Assembly: GCA_964016885.1 (NCBI GenBank)
Contig: OZ024741.1
Coordinates: 12,152,001-12,216,000, forward strand
DNA: 64,000 nt
DNA from: Eledone cirrhosa
Lineage: Eukaryota
Direction: 5' to 3'
Shown here piece by piece: positions 40,201 to 55,200 of this stretch. The position numbers and the translations under genes were made by a program. Position 1 is the first letter of the stretch, and every line of letters starts with the position of its first letter. The notes beneath the pieces were generated by a model. It saw only the letters and a program-made list of their open reading frames with translations, was not told where the DNA came from and ran no database searches.

Positions 40201-43200
40201 ATCACAGCTCTGATATTAAGGGTATGTGGTTAGAATGTCGCAGGAGATCAGAGAGTCACTCCAGGTAGAGCTGCTACTTCTCCGAATTGAGAGATCACAG
40301 CTCTGATATTAAGGGTATGAGGTTAGAATGTCTCAGGAGATCAGAGAGACATTCCAGGTAGAGCTGCTACTTCTCCGAATTGAGAGATCACAGCTCTGAT
40401 ATTAAGGGTATGTGGTTAGAATGTCTCAGGAGATCAGAGAGTCACTCCAGGTAGAGCCGCTACTTCTCCGAATTGAGAGATCACAGCTCTGATATTAAGG
40501 GTATGCGGTTAGAATGACTCAGGAGATCAGAGAGTCACTCCAGGTAGGGCTGCTACTTCTCCGAATTTAGAGATCACAGCTCTGATATTAAGGGTATGTG
40601 GTTAGAATGTCTCAGGAGATCAGAGAGTCACTCCAAGTAGAGCTGCTACTTCTCCGAATTGAGAGATCACAGCTCTGATATTAAGGGTATGAGGTTAGAA
40701 TGTCTCAGGAGATCAGAGAGTCACTCCAGGTAGAGCTGCTACTTCTCCGAATTGAGAGATCACAGCTCTGATATTAAGGGTATGTGGTTAGAATGTCTCA
40801 GGAGATCAGAGAGTCACTCCAGGTAGAGCTGCTACTTCTCCGAATTGAGAGATCACAGCTCTGATATTAAGGGTATGTGGTTAGAATGTCTCAGAAGATC
40901 AGAGAGTCATTCCAGGTAAAGCTGCTACTTTTCCGAATTGAGAGACAATAGCTCTGATATTAAGGGTATGTGGTTAGAATGTCTCAGGAGATCAGAGAGA
41001 CATTCCAGGTAAAGCTGCTACTTCTCCGAATTGAGAGATCACAGCTCTGATATTAAGGGTATGTGGTTAGAATGTCTCAGGAGATCAGAGAGTCATTCCA
41101 GGTAGAGCTGCTACTTCTCCGAATTGAGAGATCACAGCTCTGATATTAAGGGTATGAGGTTAGAATGTCTCAGATCAGAGAGTCACTCCAGGTAGAGCGG
41201 CTACTACTCCGATTTGAGAGATCACAGCTCTGATATTAAGGGTATGTGGTTAGAATGTCTCAGGAGATCAGAGTGTCACACCAGGTAGAGATGCTACTTC
41301 TCCGAATTTAGAGATCACAGCTCTGATATTAAGGGTATGTGGTTATAATGTCTCAGGAGATCAGAGAGTCATTCCAGGTAGAGTTGCTACTTCTCCGAAT
41401 TGAGAGATCACAGCTCTGATATTAAGGGTATGTGGTTAGAATGTCTCAGGAGATCAGAGAGTCACTCCAGGTAGAGCTGCTACCTCTCCGAATTGAGAGA
41501 TCACAGCTCTGATATTAAGGGTATGTGGTTAGAATGTCTCAGGAGATCAGAGAGTCACTCCAGGTAGAGCTGCTACTTCTCCGAATTGAGAGATCACAGC
41601 TCTGATATTAAGGGTATGTGGTTAGAATGTCTCAGGAGGTCAGAGAGTCACTCCAGGTAGAGCTGCTACTTCTCCGAATTGAGAGTTCACAGCTCTGATA
41701 TTAAGGGTATGTGGTTAGAATGTCTCAGGAGATCAGAGAGTCATTCCAGGTAGAGCTGCTACTTCTCCGAATTGAGAGATCACAGCTCTGATATTAAGGG
41801 TATGTGGTTAGAATGTCTCAGGAGATCAGAGAGTCACTCCAGGTAGAGCTGCTACCTCTCCGAATTGAGAGATCACAGCTCTGATATTAAGGGTATGTGG
41901 TTAGAATGTCTCAGGAGATCAGAGAGTCACTCCAGGAAGAGCTGCTACTTCTCCGAATTGAGAGATCACAGCTCTGATATTAAGGGTATGTGGTTAGAAT
42001 GTCTCAGGAGATCAGAGTGTCATTCCAGGTAGAGCTGCTACCTCTCCGAATTGAGAGATCACAGCTCTGATATTAAGGGTATGTGGCTACAATGTCTCAG
42101 GAGATCAAAGAGTCACTCCAGGTAGAGCTGCTACCCCTCCGAATTGAGAGATCACAGCTCTGATATTAAGGGTATGTGGTTAGAATGTCTCAGGAGATCA
42201 GAGAGTCACTCCAAGTAGAGCTGCTACTTCTCCGAATTGAGAGATCACAGCTCTGATATTAAGGGTATGAGGTTAGAATGTCTCAGGAGATCAGAGAGTC
42301 ACTCCAGGTAGAGCTGCTACTTCTCCGAATTGAGAGATCACAGCTCTGATATTAAGGGTATGTGGTTAGAATGTCTCAGGAGATCAGAGAGTCACTCCAG
42401 GTAGAGCTGTTACTTCTCCGAATTGAGAGATCACAGCTCTGATATTAAGGGTATGTGGTTAGAATGTCTCAGAAGATCAGAGAGTCATTCCAGGTAAAGC
42501 TGCTACTTTTCCGAATTGAGAGACAATAGCTCTGATATTAAGGGTATGTGGTTAGAATGTCTCAGGAGATCAGAGAGACATTCCAGGTAGAGCTGCTACT
42601 TCTCCGAATTGAGAGATCACAGCTCTGATATTAAGGTTATGGGGTTAGAATGTCTCAGGAGATCAGAGAGTCACTCCAGGTAGAGCTGCTACTTCTCCGA
42701 ATTGAGAGATCACAGCTCTGATATTAAGGGTATGTGGTTAGAATGTCTCAGGAGATCAGAGAGTCACTCCAGGTAGAGCTGCTACTTCTCCGAATTGAGA
42801 GATCACAGCTCTGATATTAAGGGTATGTGGTTAGAATGTCTCAGGAGATCAGAGAGTCATTCCAGGTAGAGCTGCTACTTCTCCGAATTGAGAGATCACA
42901 GCTCTGATATTAAGTGTATGAGGTTAGAATGTCTCAGATCAGAGAGTCACTCCAGGTAGAGCGGCTACTACTCCGATTTGAGAGATTACAGTTCTGATTT
43001 TTAGGGTATGTGGTTAGAATGTCTCAGGAGATCAGAGAATCATTCCAGATAGAGCTGCTACTTCTCCGAATTGAGAGATCACAGCTCTGATATTAAGGGT
43101 ATGTGGTTAGAATGTCTCAGGAGATCAGAGAGTCACTCCAGGTAGAGCTGCTACCTCTCCGAATTGAGAGATCACAGCTCTGATATTAAGGGTATGTGGT

Positions 43201-46200
43201 TAGAATGTCTCAGGAGATCAGAGAGTCACTCCAGGTAGAGCTGCTACTTCTCCGAATTGAGAGATCACAGCTCTGATGTTAAGGGTATGTGGTTAGAATG
43301 TCTCAGGAGATTAGAGTGTCATTCCAGGTAGAGCTGCTACCTCTCCGAATTGAGAGATCACAGCTCTGATATTAAGGGTATGTGGTTACAATGTCTCAGG
43401 AGATGAGAGAGTCACTCCAGGTAGAGCTGCTACTTCTCTGAATTGAGAGATCACAGCTCTGATATTAAGGGTATGAGGTTAGAATGTCTCAGGAGATCAG
43501 AGAGTCACTCCAGGTAGAGCTGCTACTCCTCCGAATTGAGAGATCACAGCTCTGATATTAAGGGTATGTGGTTAGAATGTCTCAGGAGATCAGAGAATCA
43601 TTCCAGATAGAGCTGCTACTTCTCCAAATTGAGAGATCACAGCTCTGATATTAAGGGTATGTGGTTAGAATGTCGCAGGAGATCAGAGAGTCACTCCAGG
43701 TAGAGCTGCTACTTCTCCAAATTGAGAGATCACAGCTCTGATATTAAGGGTATGCGGTTAGAATGACTCAGGAGATCAGAGAGTCACTCCAGGTAGGGCT
43801 GCTACTTCTCCGAATTTAGAGATCACAGCTCTGATATAAAGGGTATGTGGTTAGATTGTCTCAGGAGATCAGAGAGTCACTCCAAGTAGAGCTGCTACTT
43901 CTCCGAATTGAGAGATCACAGCTCTGATATTAAGGGTATGAGGTTAGAATGTCTCAGGAGATCAGAGAGTCACTCCAGGTAGAGCTGCTACTTCTCCAAA
44001 TTGAGAGATCACAGCTCTGATATTAAGGGTATGTGGTTAGAATGTCTCAGGAGATCAGAGAGTCACTCCAGGTAGAGCTGCTACTTCTCCGAATTGAGAG
44101 ATCACAGCTCTGATATTAAGGGTATGAGGTTAGAATGTCTCAGATCAGAGAGTCACTCCAGGTAGAGCGGCTACTACTCCGATTTGAGAGATTACAGTTC
44201 TGATTTTTAGGGTATGTGGTTAGAATGTCTCAGGAGATCAGAGAATCATTCCAGATAGAGCTGCTACTTCTCCGAATTGAGAGATCACAGCTCTGATATT
44301 AAGGGTATGTGGTTAGAATGTCTCAGGAGATCAGAGAGTCACTCCAGGAAGAGCTGCTACCTCTCCGAATTGAGAGATCACAGCTCTGATATTAAGGGTA
44401 TGTGGTTAGAATGTCTCAGGAGATCAGAGAGTCACTCCAGGTAGAGCTGCTACTTCTCCGAATTGAGAGATCACAGCTCTGATATTAAGGGTATGTGGTT
44501 AGAATGTCTCAGGAGATCAGAGTGTCATTCCAGGTAGAGCTGCTACCTCTCCGAATTGAGAGATCACAGCTCTGATAATAAGGGTATGTGGTTACAATGT
44601 CTCAGGAGATCAGAGAGTCACTCCAGGTAGAGCTGCTACCCCTCCAAATTGAGAGATCACAGCTCTGATATTAAGGGTATGTGGTTAAAATGTCTCAGGA
44701 GATCAGAGAGTCACTCCAGGTAGAGCTGCTACTTCTCCGAATTGAGAGATCACAGCTCTGATATTAAGGGTATGAGGTTAGAATGTCTCAGGAGATCAGA
44801 GAGTCACTCCAGGTAGAGCTGCTACTTCTCCGAATTGAGAGATCACAGCTCTGATATTAAGGGTATGAGGTTAGAATGTCTCAGGAGAACAGAGAGTCAC
44901 TCCAGGTAGAGCTGCTACTTCTCTGAATTGAGAGATCACAGCTCTGATATTAAGGGTATGTGGTTAGAATGTCTCAGGAGATCAGAGAGTCACTCCAGGT
45001 AGGGCTGCTACTTCTCCGAATTGAGAGATCACAGCTCTGATATTAAGAGTATGTGGTTAGAATGTCTCAGAAGATCAGAGAGTCATTCCAGGTAAAGCTG
45101 CTACATCTCCGAATTGAGAGATCACAGCTCTGATATTAAGGGTATGTGGTTAGAATGTCTCAGGAGATCAGAGAGTCACTCCAGGTAGAGCTGCTACATC
45201 TCCGAATTGAGAGATCACAGCTCTGATATTAAGGGTATGTGGTTAGAATGTCTCAGGAGATCAGAGAGTCATTCCAGGTAGAGCTGCTACTTCTCCGAAT
45301 TGAGAGATCACAGCTCTGATATTAAGGGTATGTGGTTAGAATGTCTCAGGAGATCAGAGAGTCATTCCAGGTAGAGCTGCTACTTCTCCGAATTGAGAGA
45401 TCACAGCTCTGATATTAAGGGTATGAGGTTAGAATGTCTCAGATCAGAGAGTCACTCCATGTAGAGCGGCTACTACTCCGATTTGAGAGATCACAGCTCT
45501 GATATTAAGGGTATGTGGTTAGAATGTCTCAGGAGATCAGAGTGTCATTCCAGGTAGAGCTGCTACCTCTCCGAATTGAGAGATCACAGCTCTGATATTA
45601 AGGGTATGTGGTTACAATGTCTCAGGAGATCAGAGAGTCACTCCAGATAGAGCTGCTACCCCTCCGAATTGAGAGATCACAGCTATGATATTAAGGGTAT
45701 GTGGTTAGAATGTCTCAGGAGATCAGAGAGTCACTCCAGGTAGAGCTGCTACTTCTCCGAATTGAGAGATCACAGCTCTGATATTAAGGGTATGAGGTTA
45801 GAATGTCTCAGGAGATCAGAGAGTCACTCCAGGTAGAGCTGCTACCTCTCCGAATTGAGAGATCACAGCTCTGATATTAAGGGTATGTGGTTACAATGTC
45901 TCAGGAGATCAGAGAGTCACTCCAGATAGAGCTGCTACCCCTCCGAATTGAGAGATCACAGCTATGATATTAAGGGTATGTGGTTAGAATGTCTCAGGAG
46001 ATCAGAGAGTCACTCCAGGTAGAGCTGCTACTTCTCCGAATTGAGAGATCACAGCTCTGATATTAAGGGTATGAGGTTAGAATGTCTCAGATCAGAGAGT
46101 CACTCCAGGTAGAGCGGCTACTACTCCGATTTGAGAGATTACAGTTCTGATGTTTAGGGTATGTGGTTAGAATGTCTCAGGAGATCAGAGAATCATTCCA

Positions 46201-49200
46201 GATAGAGCTGCTACTTCTCCGAATTGAGAGATCACAGCTCTGATATTAAGGGTATGTGGTTAGAATGTCTCAGGAGATCAGAGAGTCACTCCAGGTAGAG
46301 CTGCTACCTCTCCGAATTGAGAGATCACAGCTCTGATATTAAGGGTATGTGGTTAGAATGTCTCAGGAGATCAGAGAGTCACTCCTGGTAGAGCTGCTAC
46401 TTCTCCGAATTGAGAGATCACAGCTCTGATATTAAGGGTATGTGGTTAGAATGTCTCAGGAGATCAGAGTGTCATTCCAGGTAGAGCTGCTACCTCTCCG
46501 AATTGAGAGATCACAGCTCTGATATTAAGGGTATGTGGTTACAATGTCTCAGGAGATCAGAGAGTCACTCCAGGTAGAGCTGCTACCCCTCCGAATTGAG
46601 AGATCACAGCTCTGATATTAAGGGTATGTGGTTAAAATGTCTCAGGAGATCAGAGAGTCACTCCAGGTAGAGCTGCTACTTCTCCGAATTGAGAGATCAC
46701 AGCTCTGATATTAAGGGTATGTGGTTAGAATGTCTCAGGAGATCAGTGTGTCATTCCAGGTAGAGCTGCTACCTCTCCGAATTGAGAGATCACAGCTCTG
46801 ATAATAAGGGTATGTGGTTACAATGTCTCAGGAGATCAGAGAGTCACTCCAGGTAGAGCTGCTACCCCTCCAAATTGAGAGATCACAGCTCTGATATTAA
46901 GGGTATGTGGTTAAAATGTCTCAGGAGATCAGAGAGTCACTCCAGGTAGAGCTGCTACTTCTCCGAATTGAGAGATCACAGCTCTGATATTAAGGGTATG
47001 AGGTTAGAATGTCTCAGGAGATCAGAGAGTCACTCCAGGTAGAGCTGCTACTTCTCCGAATTGAGAGATCACAGCTCTGATATTAAGGGTATGAGGTTAG
47101 AATGTCTCAGGAGATCAGAGAGTCACTCCAGGTAGAGCTGCTACTTCTCCGAATTGAGAGATCACAGCTCTGATATTAAGGGTATGTGGTTAGAATGTCT
47201 CAGGAGATCAGAGAGTCACTCCAGGTAGACCTGCTACATCTCCGAATTGAGAGATCACAGCTCTGATATTAAGTGTATGAGGTTAGAATGTCTCAGATCA
47301 GAGAGTCACTCCAGGTAGAGCGGCTACTACTCCGATTTGAGAGATTACAGTTCTGATTTTTAGGGTATGTGGTTAGAATGTCTCAGGAGATCAGAGAATC
47401 ATTCCAGATAGAGCTGCTACTTCTCCGAATTGAGAGATCACAGCTCTGATATTAAGGGTATGTGGTTAGAATGTCTCAGGAGATCAGAGAGTCACTCCAG
47501 GTAGAGCTGCTACCTCTCCGAATTGAGAGATCACAGCTCTGATATTAAGGGTATGTGGTTAGAATGTCTCAGGAGATCAGAGAGTCACTCCAGGTAGAGC
47601 TGCTACTTCTCCGAATTGAGAGATCACAGCTCTGATGTTAAGGGTATGTGGTTAGAATGTCTCAGGAGATTAGAGTGTCATTCCAGGTAGAGCTGCTACC
47701 TCTCCGAATTGAGAGATCACAGCTCTGATATTAAGGGTATGTGGTTACAATGTCTCAGGAGATGAGAGAGTCACTCCAGGTAGAGCTGCTACTTCTCTGA
47801 ATTGAGAGATCACAGCTCTGATATTAAGGGTATGAGGTTAGAATGTCTCAGGAGATCAGAGAGTCACTCCAGGTAGAGCTGCTACTTCTCCAAATTGAGA
47901 GATCACAGCTCTGATATTAAGGGTATGCGGTTAGAATGACTCAGGAGATCAGAGAGTCACTCCAGGTAGGGCTGCTACTTCTCCGAATTTAGAGATCACA
48001 GCTCTGATATAAAGGGTATGTGGTTAGAATGTCTCAGGAGATCAGAGAGTCACTCCAAGTAGAGCTGCTACTTCTCCGAATTGAGAGATCACAGCTCTGA
48101 TATTAAGGGTATGAGGTTAGAATGTCTCAGGAGATCAGAGAGTCACTCCAGGTAGAGCTGCTACTTCTCCAAATTGAGAGATCACAGCTCTGATATTAAG
48201 GGTATGTGGTTAGAATGTCTCAGGAGATCAGAGAGTCACTCCAGGTAGAGCTGCTACTTCTCCGAATTGAGAGATCACAGCTCTGATATTAAGGGTATGA
48301 GGTTAGAATGTCTCAGATCAGAGAGTCACTCCAGGTAGAGCGGCTACTACTCCGATTTGAGAGATTACAGTTCTGATTTTTAGGGTATGTGGTTAGAATG
48401 TCTCAGGAGATCAGAGAATCATTCCAGATAGAGCTGCTACTTCTCCGAATTGAGAGATCACAGCTCTGATATTAAGGGTATGTGGTTAGAATGTCTCAGG
48501 AGATCAGAGAGTCACTCCAGGAAGAGCTGCTACCTCTCCGAATTGAGAGATCACAGCTCTGATATTAAGGGTATGTGGTTAGAATGTCTCAGGAGATCAG
48601 AGAGTCACTCCAGGTAGAGCTGCTACTTCTCCGAATTGAGAGATCACAGCTCTGATATTAAGGGTATGTGGTTAGAATGTCTCAGGAGATCAGAGTGTCA
48701 TTCCAGGTAGAGCTGCTACCTCTCCGAATTGAGAGATCACAGCTCTGATAATAAGGGTATGTGGTTACAATGTCTCAGGAGATCAGAGAGTCACTCCAGG
48801 TAGAGCTGCTACCCCTCCAAATTGAGAGATCACAGCTCTGATATTAAGGGTATGTGGTTAAAATGTCTCAGGAGATCAGAGAGTCACTCCAGGTAGAGCT
48901 GCTACTTCTCCGAATTGAGAGATCACAGCTCTGATATTAAGGGTATGAGGTTAGAATGTCTCAGGAGATCAGAGAGTCACTCCAGGTAGAGCTGCTACTT
49001 CTCCGAATTGAGAGATCACAGCTCTGATATTAAGGGTATGAGGTTAGAATGTCTCAGGAGATCAGAGAGTCACTCCAGGTAGAGCTGCTACTTCTCCGAA
49101 TTGAGAGATCACAGCTCTGATATTAAGGGTATGTGGTTAGAATGTCTCAGGAGATCAGAGAGTCACTCCAGGTAGGGCTGCTACTTCTCCGAATTGAGAG

Positions 49201-52200
49201 ATCACAGCTCTGATATTAAGGGTATGTGGTTAGAATGTCTCAGAAGATCAGAGAGTCATTCCAGGTAAAGCTGCTACATCTGCGAATTGAGAGATCACAG
49301 CTCTGATATTAAGGGTATGTGGTTAGAATGTCTCAGGAGATCAGAGAGTCACTCCAGGTAGAGCTGCTACATCTCCGAATTGAGAGATCACAGCTCTGAT
49401 ATTAAGGGTATGTGGTTAGAATGTCTCAGAAGATCAGAGAATCATTCCAGGTAAAGCTGCTACTTTTCCGAATTGAGAGACAATAGCTCTGATATTAAGG
49501 GTATGTGGTTAGAATGTCTCAGGAGATCAGAGAGACATTCCAGGTAGAGCTGCTACTTCTCCAAATTGAGAGATCACAGCTCTGATATTAAGGGTATGTG
49601 GTTAGAATGTCTCAGGAGATCAGAGAGTCACTCCAGGTAGAGCTGCTACTTCTCCGAATTGAGAGATCACAGCTCTGATATTAAGGGTATGAGGTTAGAA
49701 TGTCTCAGATCAGAGAGTCACTCCAGGTAGAGCGGCTACTACTCCGATTTGAGAGATTACAGTTCTGATTTTTAGGGTATGTGGTTAGAATGTCTCAGGA
49801 GATCAGAGAATCATTCCAGATAGAGCTGCTACTTCTCCGAATTGAGAGATCACAGCTCTGATATTAAGGGTATGTGGTTAGAATGTCTCAGGAGATCAGA
49901 GAGTCACTCCAGGAAGAGCTGCTACCTCTCCGAATTGAGAGATCACAGCTCTGATATTAAGGGTATGTGGTTAGAATGTCTCAGGAGATCAGAGAGTCAC
50001 TCCAGGTAGAGCTGCTACTTCTCCGAATTGAGAGATCACAGCTCTGATATTAAGGGTATGTGGTTAGAATGTCTCAGGAGATCAGAGTGTCATTCCAGGT
50101 AGAGCTGCTACCTCTCCGAATTGAGAGATCACAGCTCTGATAATAAGGGTATGTGGTTACAATGTCTCAGGAGATCAGAGAGTCACTCCAGGTAGAGCTG
50201 CTACCCCTCCAAATTGAGAGATCACAGCTCTGATATTAAGGGTATGTGGTTAAAATGTCTCAGGAGATCAGAGAGTCACTCCAGGTAGAGCTGCTACTTC
50301 TCCGAATTGAGAGATCACAGCTCTGATATTAAGGGTATGAGGTTAGAATGTCTCAGGAGATCAGAGAGTCACTCCAGGTAGAGCTGCTACTTCTCCGAAT
50401 TGAGAGATCACAGCTCTGATATTAAGGGTATGAGGTTAGAATGTCTCAGGAGATCAGAGAGTCACTCCAGGTAGAGCTGCTACTTCTCCGAATTGAGAGA
50501 TCACAGCTCTGATATTAAGGGTATGTGGTTAGAATGTCTCAGGAGATCAGAGAGTCACTCCAGGTAGGGCTGCTACTTCTCCGAATTGAGAGATCACAGC
50601 TCTGATATTAAGGGTATGTGGTTAGAATGTCTCAGAAGATCAGAGAGTCATTCCAGGTAAAGCTGCTACATCTCCGAATTGAGAGATCACAGCTCTGATA
50701 TTAAGGGTATGTGGTTAGAATGTCTCAGGAGATCAGAGAGTCACTCCAGGTAGAGCTGCTACATCTCCGAATTGAGAGATCACAGCTCTGATATTAAGGG
50801 TATGTGGTTAGAATGTCTCAGAAGATCAGAGAATCATTCCAGGTAAAGCTGCTACTTTTCCGAATTGAGAGACAATAGCTCTGATATTAAGGGTATGTGG
50901 TTAGAATGTCTCAGGAGATCAGAGAGACATTCCAGGTAGAGCTGCTACTTCTCCGAATTGAGAGATCACAGCTCTGATATTAAGGGTATGTGGTTAGAAT
51001 GTCTCAGGAGATCAGAGAGTCATTCCAGGTAGAGCTGCTACTTCTCCGAATTGAGAGATCACAGCTCTGATATTAAGGGTATGAGGTTAGAATGTCTCAG
51101 ATCAGAGAGTCACTCCAGGTAGAGCGGCTACTACTCCGATTTGAGAGATCACAGCTCTGATATTAAGGGTATGTGGTTAGAATATCTCAGGAGATCAGAG
51201 TGTCATTCCAGGTAGAGCTGCTACCTCTCCGAATTGAGAGATCACAGCTCTGATATTAAGGGTATGTGGTTACAATGTCTCAGGAGATCAGAGAGTCACT
51301 CCAGATAGAGCTGCTACCCCTCCGAATTGAGAGATCACAGCTATGATATTAAGGGTATGTGGTTAGAATGTCTCAGGAGATCAGAGAGTCACTCCAGGTA
51401 GAGCTGCTACTTCTCCGAATTGAGAGATCACAGCTCTGATATTAAGGGTATGAGGTTAGAATGTCTCAGGAGATCAGAGAGTCACTCCAGGTAGAGCTGC
51501 TACTTCTCCGAATTGAGAGATCACAGCTCTGATATTAAGGGTATGAGGTTAGAATGTCTCAGATCAGAGAGTCACTCCAGGTAGAGCGGCTACTACTCCG
51601 ATTTGAGAGATTACAGTTCTGATGTTTAGGGTATGTGGTTAGAATGTCTCAGGAGATCAGAGAATCATTCCAGATAGAGCTGCTACTTCTCCGAATTGAG
51701 AGATCACAGCTCTGATATTAAGGGTATGTGGTTAGAATGCTCAGGAGATCAGAGAGTCACTCCAGGTAGAGCTGCTACCTCTCCGAATTGAGAGATCACA
51801 GCTCTGATATTAAGGGTATGTGGTTAGAATGTCTCAGGAGATCAGAGAGTCACTCCAGGTAGAGCTGCTACTTCTCCGAATTGAGAGATCACAGCTCTGA
51901 TATTAAGGGTATGTGGTTAGAATGTCTCAGGAGATCAGAGTGTCATTCCAGGTAGAGCTGCTACCTCTCCGAATTGAGAGATCACAGCTCTGATATTAAG
52001 GGTATGTGGTTACAATGTCTCAGGAGATCAGAGAGTCACTCCAGGTAGAGCTGCTACCCCTCCGAATTGAGAGATCACAGCTCTGATATTAAGGGTATGT
52101 GGTTAAAATGTCTCAGGAGATCAGAGAGTCACTCCAGGTAGAGCTGCTACTTCTCCAAATTGAGAGATCACAGCTCTGATATTAAGGGTATGAGGTTAGA

Positions 52201-55200
52201 ATGTCTCAGGAGATCAGAGAGTCACTCCAGGTAGAGCTGCTACTTCTCCGAATTGAGAGATCACAGCTCTGATATTAAGGGTATGTGGTTAGAATGTCTC
52301 AGGAGATCAGAGTGTCATTCCAGGTAGAGCTGCTACCTCTCCGAATTGAGAGATCACAGCTCTGATAATAAGGGTATGTGGTTACAATGTCTCAGGAGAT
52401 CAGAGAGTCACTCCAGGTAGAGCTGCTACCCCTCCAAATTGAGAGATCACAGCTCTGATATTAAGGGTATGTGGTTAAAATGTCTCAGGAGATCAGAGAG
52501 TCACTCCAGGTAGAGCTGCTACTTCTCCGAATTGAGAGATCACAGCTCTGATATTAAGGGTATGAGGTTAGAATGTCTCAGGAGATCAGAGAGTCACTCC
52601 AGGTAGAGCTGCTACTTCTCCGAATTGAGAGATCACAGCTCTGATATTAAGGGTATGAGGTTAGAATGTCTCAGGAGATCAGAGAGTCACTCCAGGTAGA
52701 GCTGCTACTTCTCCGAATTGAGAGATCACAGCTCTGATATTAAGGGTATGTGGTTAGAATGTCTCAGGAGATCAGAGAGTCACTCCAGGTAGACCTGCTA
52801 CATCTCCGAATTGAGAGATCACAGCTCTGATATTAAGGGTATGTGGTTAGAATGTCTCAGAAGATCAGAGAGTCATTCCAGGTAAAGCTGCTACTTTTCC
52901 GAATTGAGAGACAATAGCTCTGATATTAAGGGTATGTGGTTAGAATGTCTCAGGAGATCAGAGAGACATTCCAGGTAGAGCTGCTACTTCTCCGAATTGA
53001 GAGATCACAGCTCTGATATTAAGGGTATGTGGTTAGAATGTCTCAGGAGATCAGAGAGTCATTCCAGGTAGAGCTGCTACTTCTCCGAATTGAGAGATCA
53101 CAGCTCTGATATTATGGGTATGAGGTTAGAATGTCTCAGATCAGAGAGTCACTCCAGGTAGAGCGGCTACTACTCCGATTTGAGAGATCACAGCTCTGAT
53201 ATTAAGGGTATGTGGTTAGAATGTCTCAGGAGATCAGAGTGTCACACCAGGTAGAGATGCTACTTCTCCGAATTTAGAGATCACAGCTCTGATATTAAGG
53301 GTATGTGGTTATAATGTCTCAGGAGATCAGAGGGTCATTCCAGGTAGAGTTGCTACTTCTCCGAATTGAGAGATCACAGCTCTGATATTAAGGGTATGTG
53401 GTTAGAATGTCTCAGGAGATCAGAGAGTCACTCCAGGTAGAGCTGCTACCTCTCCGAATTGAGAGATCACAGCTCTGATATTAAGGGTATGTGGTTAGAA
53501 TGTCTCAGGAGATCAGAGAGTCACTCCAGGTAGAGCTGCTACTTCTCCGAATTGAGAGATCACAGCTCTGATATTAAGGGTATGTGGTTAGAATGTCTCA
53601 GGAGATCAGAGAGTCATTCCAGGTAGAGCTGCTACTTCTCCGAATTGAGAGATCACAGCTCTGATATTAAGGGTATGTGGTTAGAATGTCTCAGGAGATC
53701 AGAGTATCATTCCAGGTAGAGCTGCTACCTCTCCGAATTGAGAGATCACAGCTCTGATATTAAGGGTATGTGGTTACAATGTCTCAGGAGATCAGAGAGT
53801 CACTCCAGATAGAGCTGCTACCCCTCCGAATTGAGAGATCACAGCTATGATATTAAGGGTATGTGGTTAGAATGTCTCAGGAGATCAGAGAGTCACTCCA
53901 GGTAGAGCTGCTACTTCTCCGAATTGAGAGATCACAGCTCTGATATTAAGGGTATGAGGTTAGAATGTCTCAGGAGATCAGAGAGTCACTCCAGGTAGAG
54001 CTGCTACTTCTCCGAATTGAGAGATCACAGCTCTGATATTAAGGGTATGAGGTTAGAATGTCTCAGATCAGAGAGTCACTCCAGGTAGAGCGGCTACTAC
54101 TCCGATTTGAGAGATTACAGTTCTGATGTTTAGGGTATGTGGTTAGAATGTCTCAGGAGATCAGAGAATCATTCCAGATAGAGCTGCTACTTCTCCGAAT
54201 TGAGAGATCACAGCTCTGATATTAAGGGTATGTGGTTAGAATGTCTCAGGAGATCAGAGAGTCACTCCAGGTAGAGCTGCTACCTCTCCTAATTGAGAGA
54301 TCACAGCTCTGATATTAAGGGTATGTGGTTAGAATGTCTCAGGAGATCAGAGAGTCACTCCAGGTAGAGCTGCTACTTCTCCGAATTGAGAGATCACAGC
54401 TCTGATATTAAGGGTATGTGGTTAGAATGTCTCAGGAGATCAGAGTGTCATTCCAGGTAGAGCTGCTACCTCTCCGAATTGAGAGATCACAGCTCTGATA
54501 TTAAGGGTATGTGGTTACAATGTCTCAGGAGATCAGAGAGTCACTCCAGGTAGAGCTGCTACCCCTCCGAATTGAGAGATCACAGCTCTGATATTAAGGG
54601 TATGTGGTTAAAATGTCTCAGGAGATCAGAGAGTCACTCCAGGTAGAGCTGCTACTTCTCCAAATTGAGAGATCACAGCTCTGATATTAAGGGTATGAGG
54701 TTAGAATGTCTCAGGAGATCAGAGAGTCACTCCAGGTAGAGCTGCTACTTCTCCGAATTGAGAGATCACAGCTCTGATATTAAGGGTATGTGGTTAGAAT
54801 GTCTCAGGAGATCAGAGAGTCACTCCAGGTAGAGCTGCTACCTCTCCGAATTGAGAGATCACAGCTCTGATATTAAGGGTATGTGGTTATAATGTCTCAG
54901 GAGATCAGAGAATCATTCCAGATAGAGCTGCTACTTCTCCGAATTGAGAGATCACAGCTCTGATATTAAGGGTATGAGGTTAGAATGTCTCAGGAGATCA
55001 GAGAGTCACTCCAGGTAGAGCTGCTACTTCTCCGAATTGAGAGATCACAGCTCTGATATTAAGGGTATGTGGTTAGAATGTCTCAGAAGATCAGAGAGTC
55101 ATTCCATGTAAAGCTGCTACTTTTCCGAATTGAGAGACAATAGCTCTGATATTAAGGGTATGTGGTTAGAATGTCTCAGGAGATCAGAGAGACATTCCAG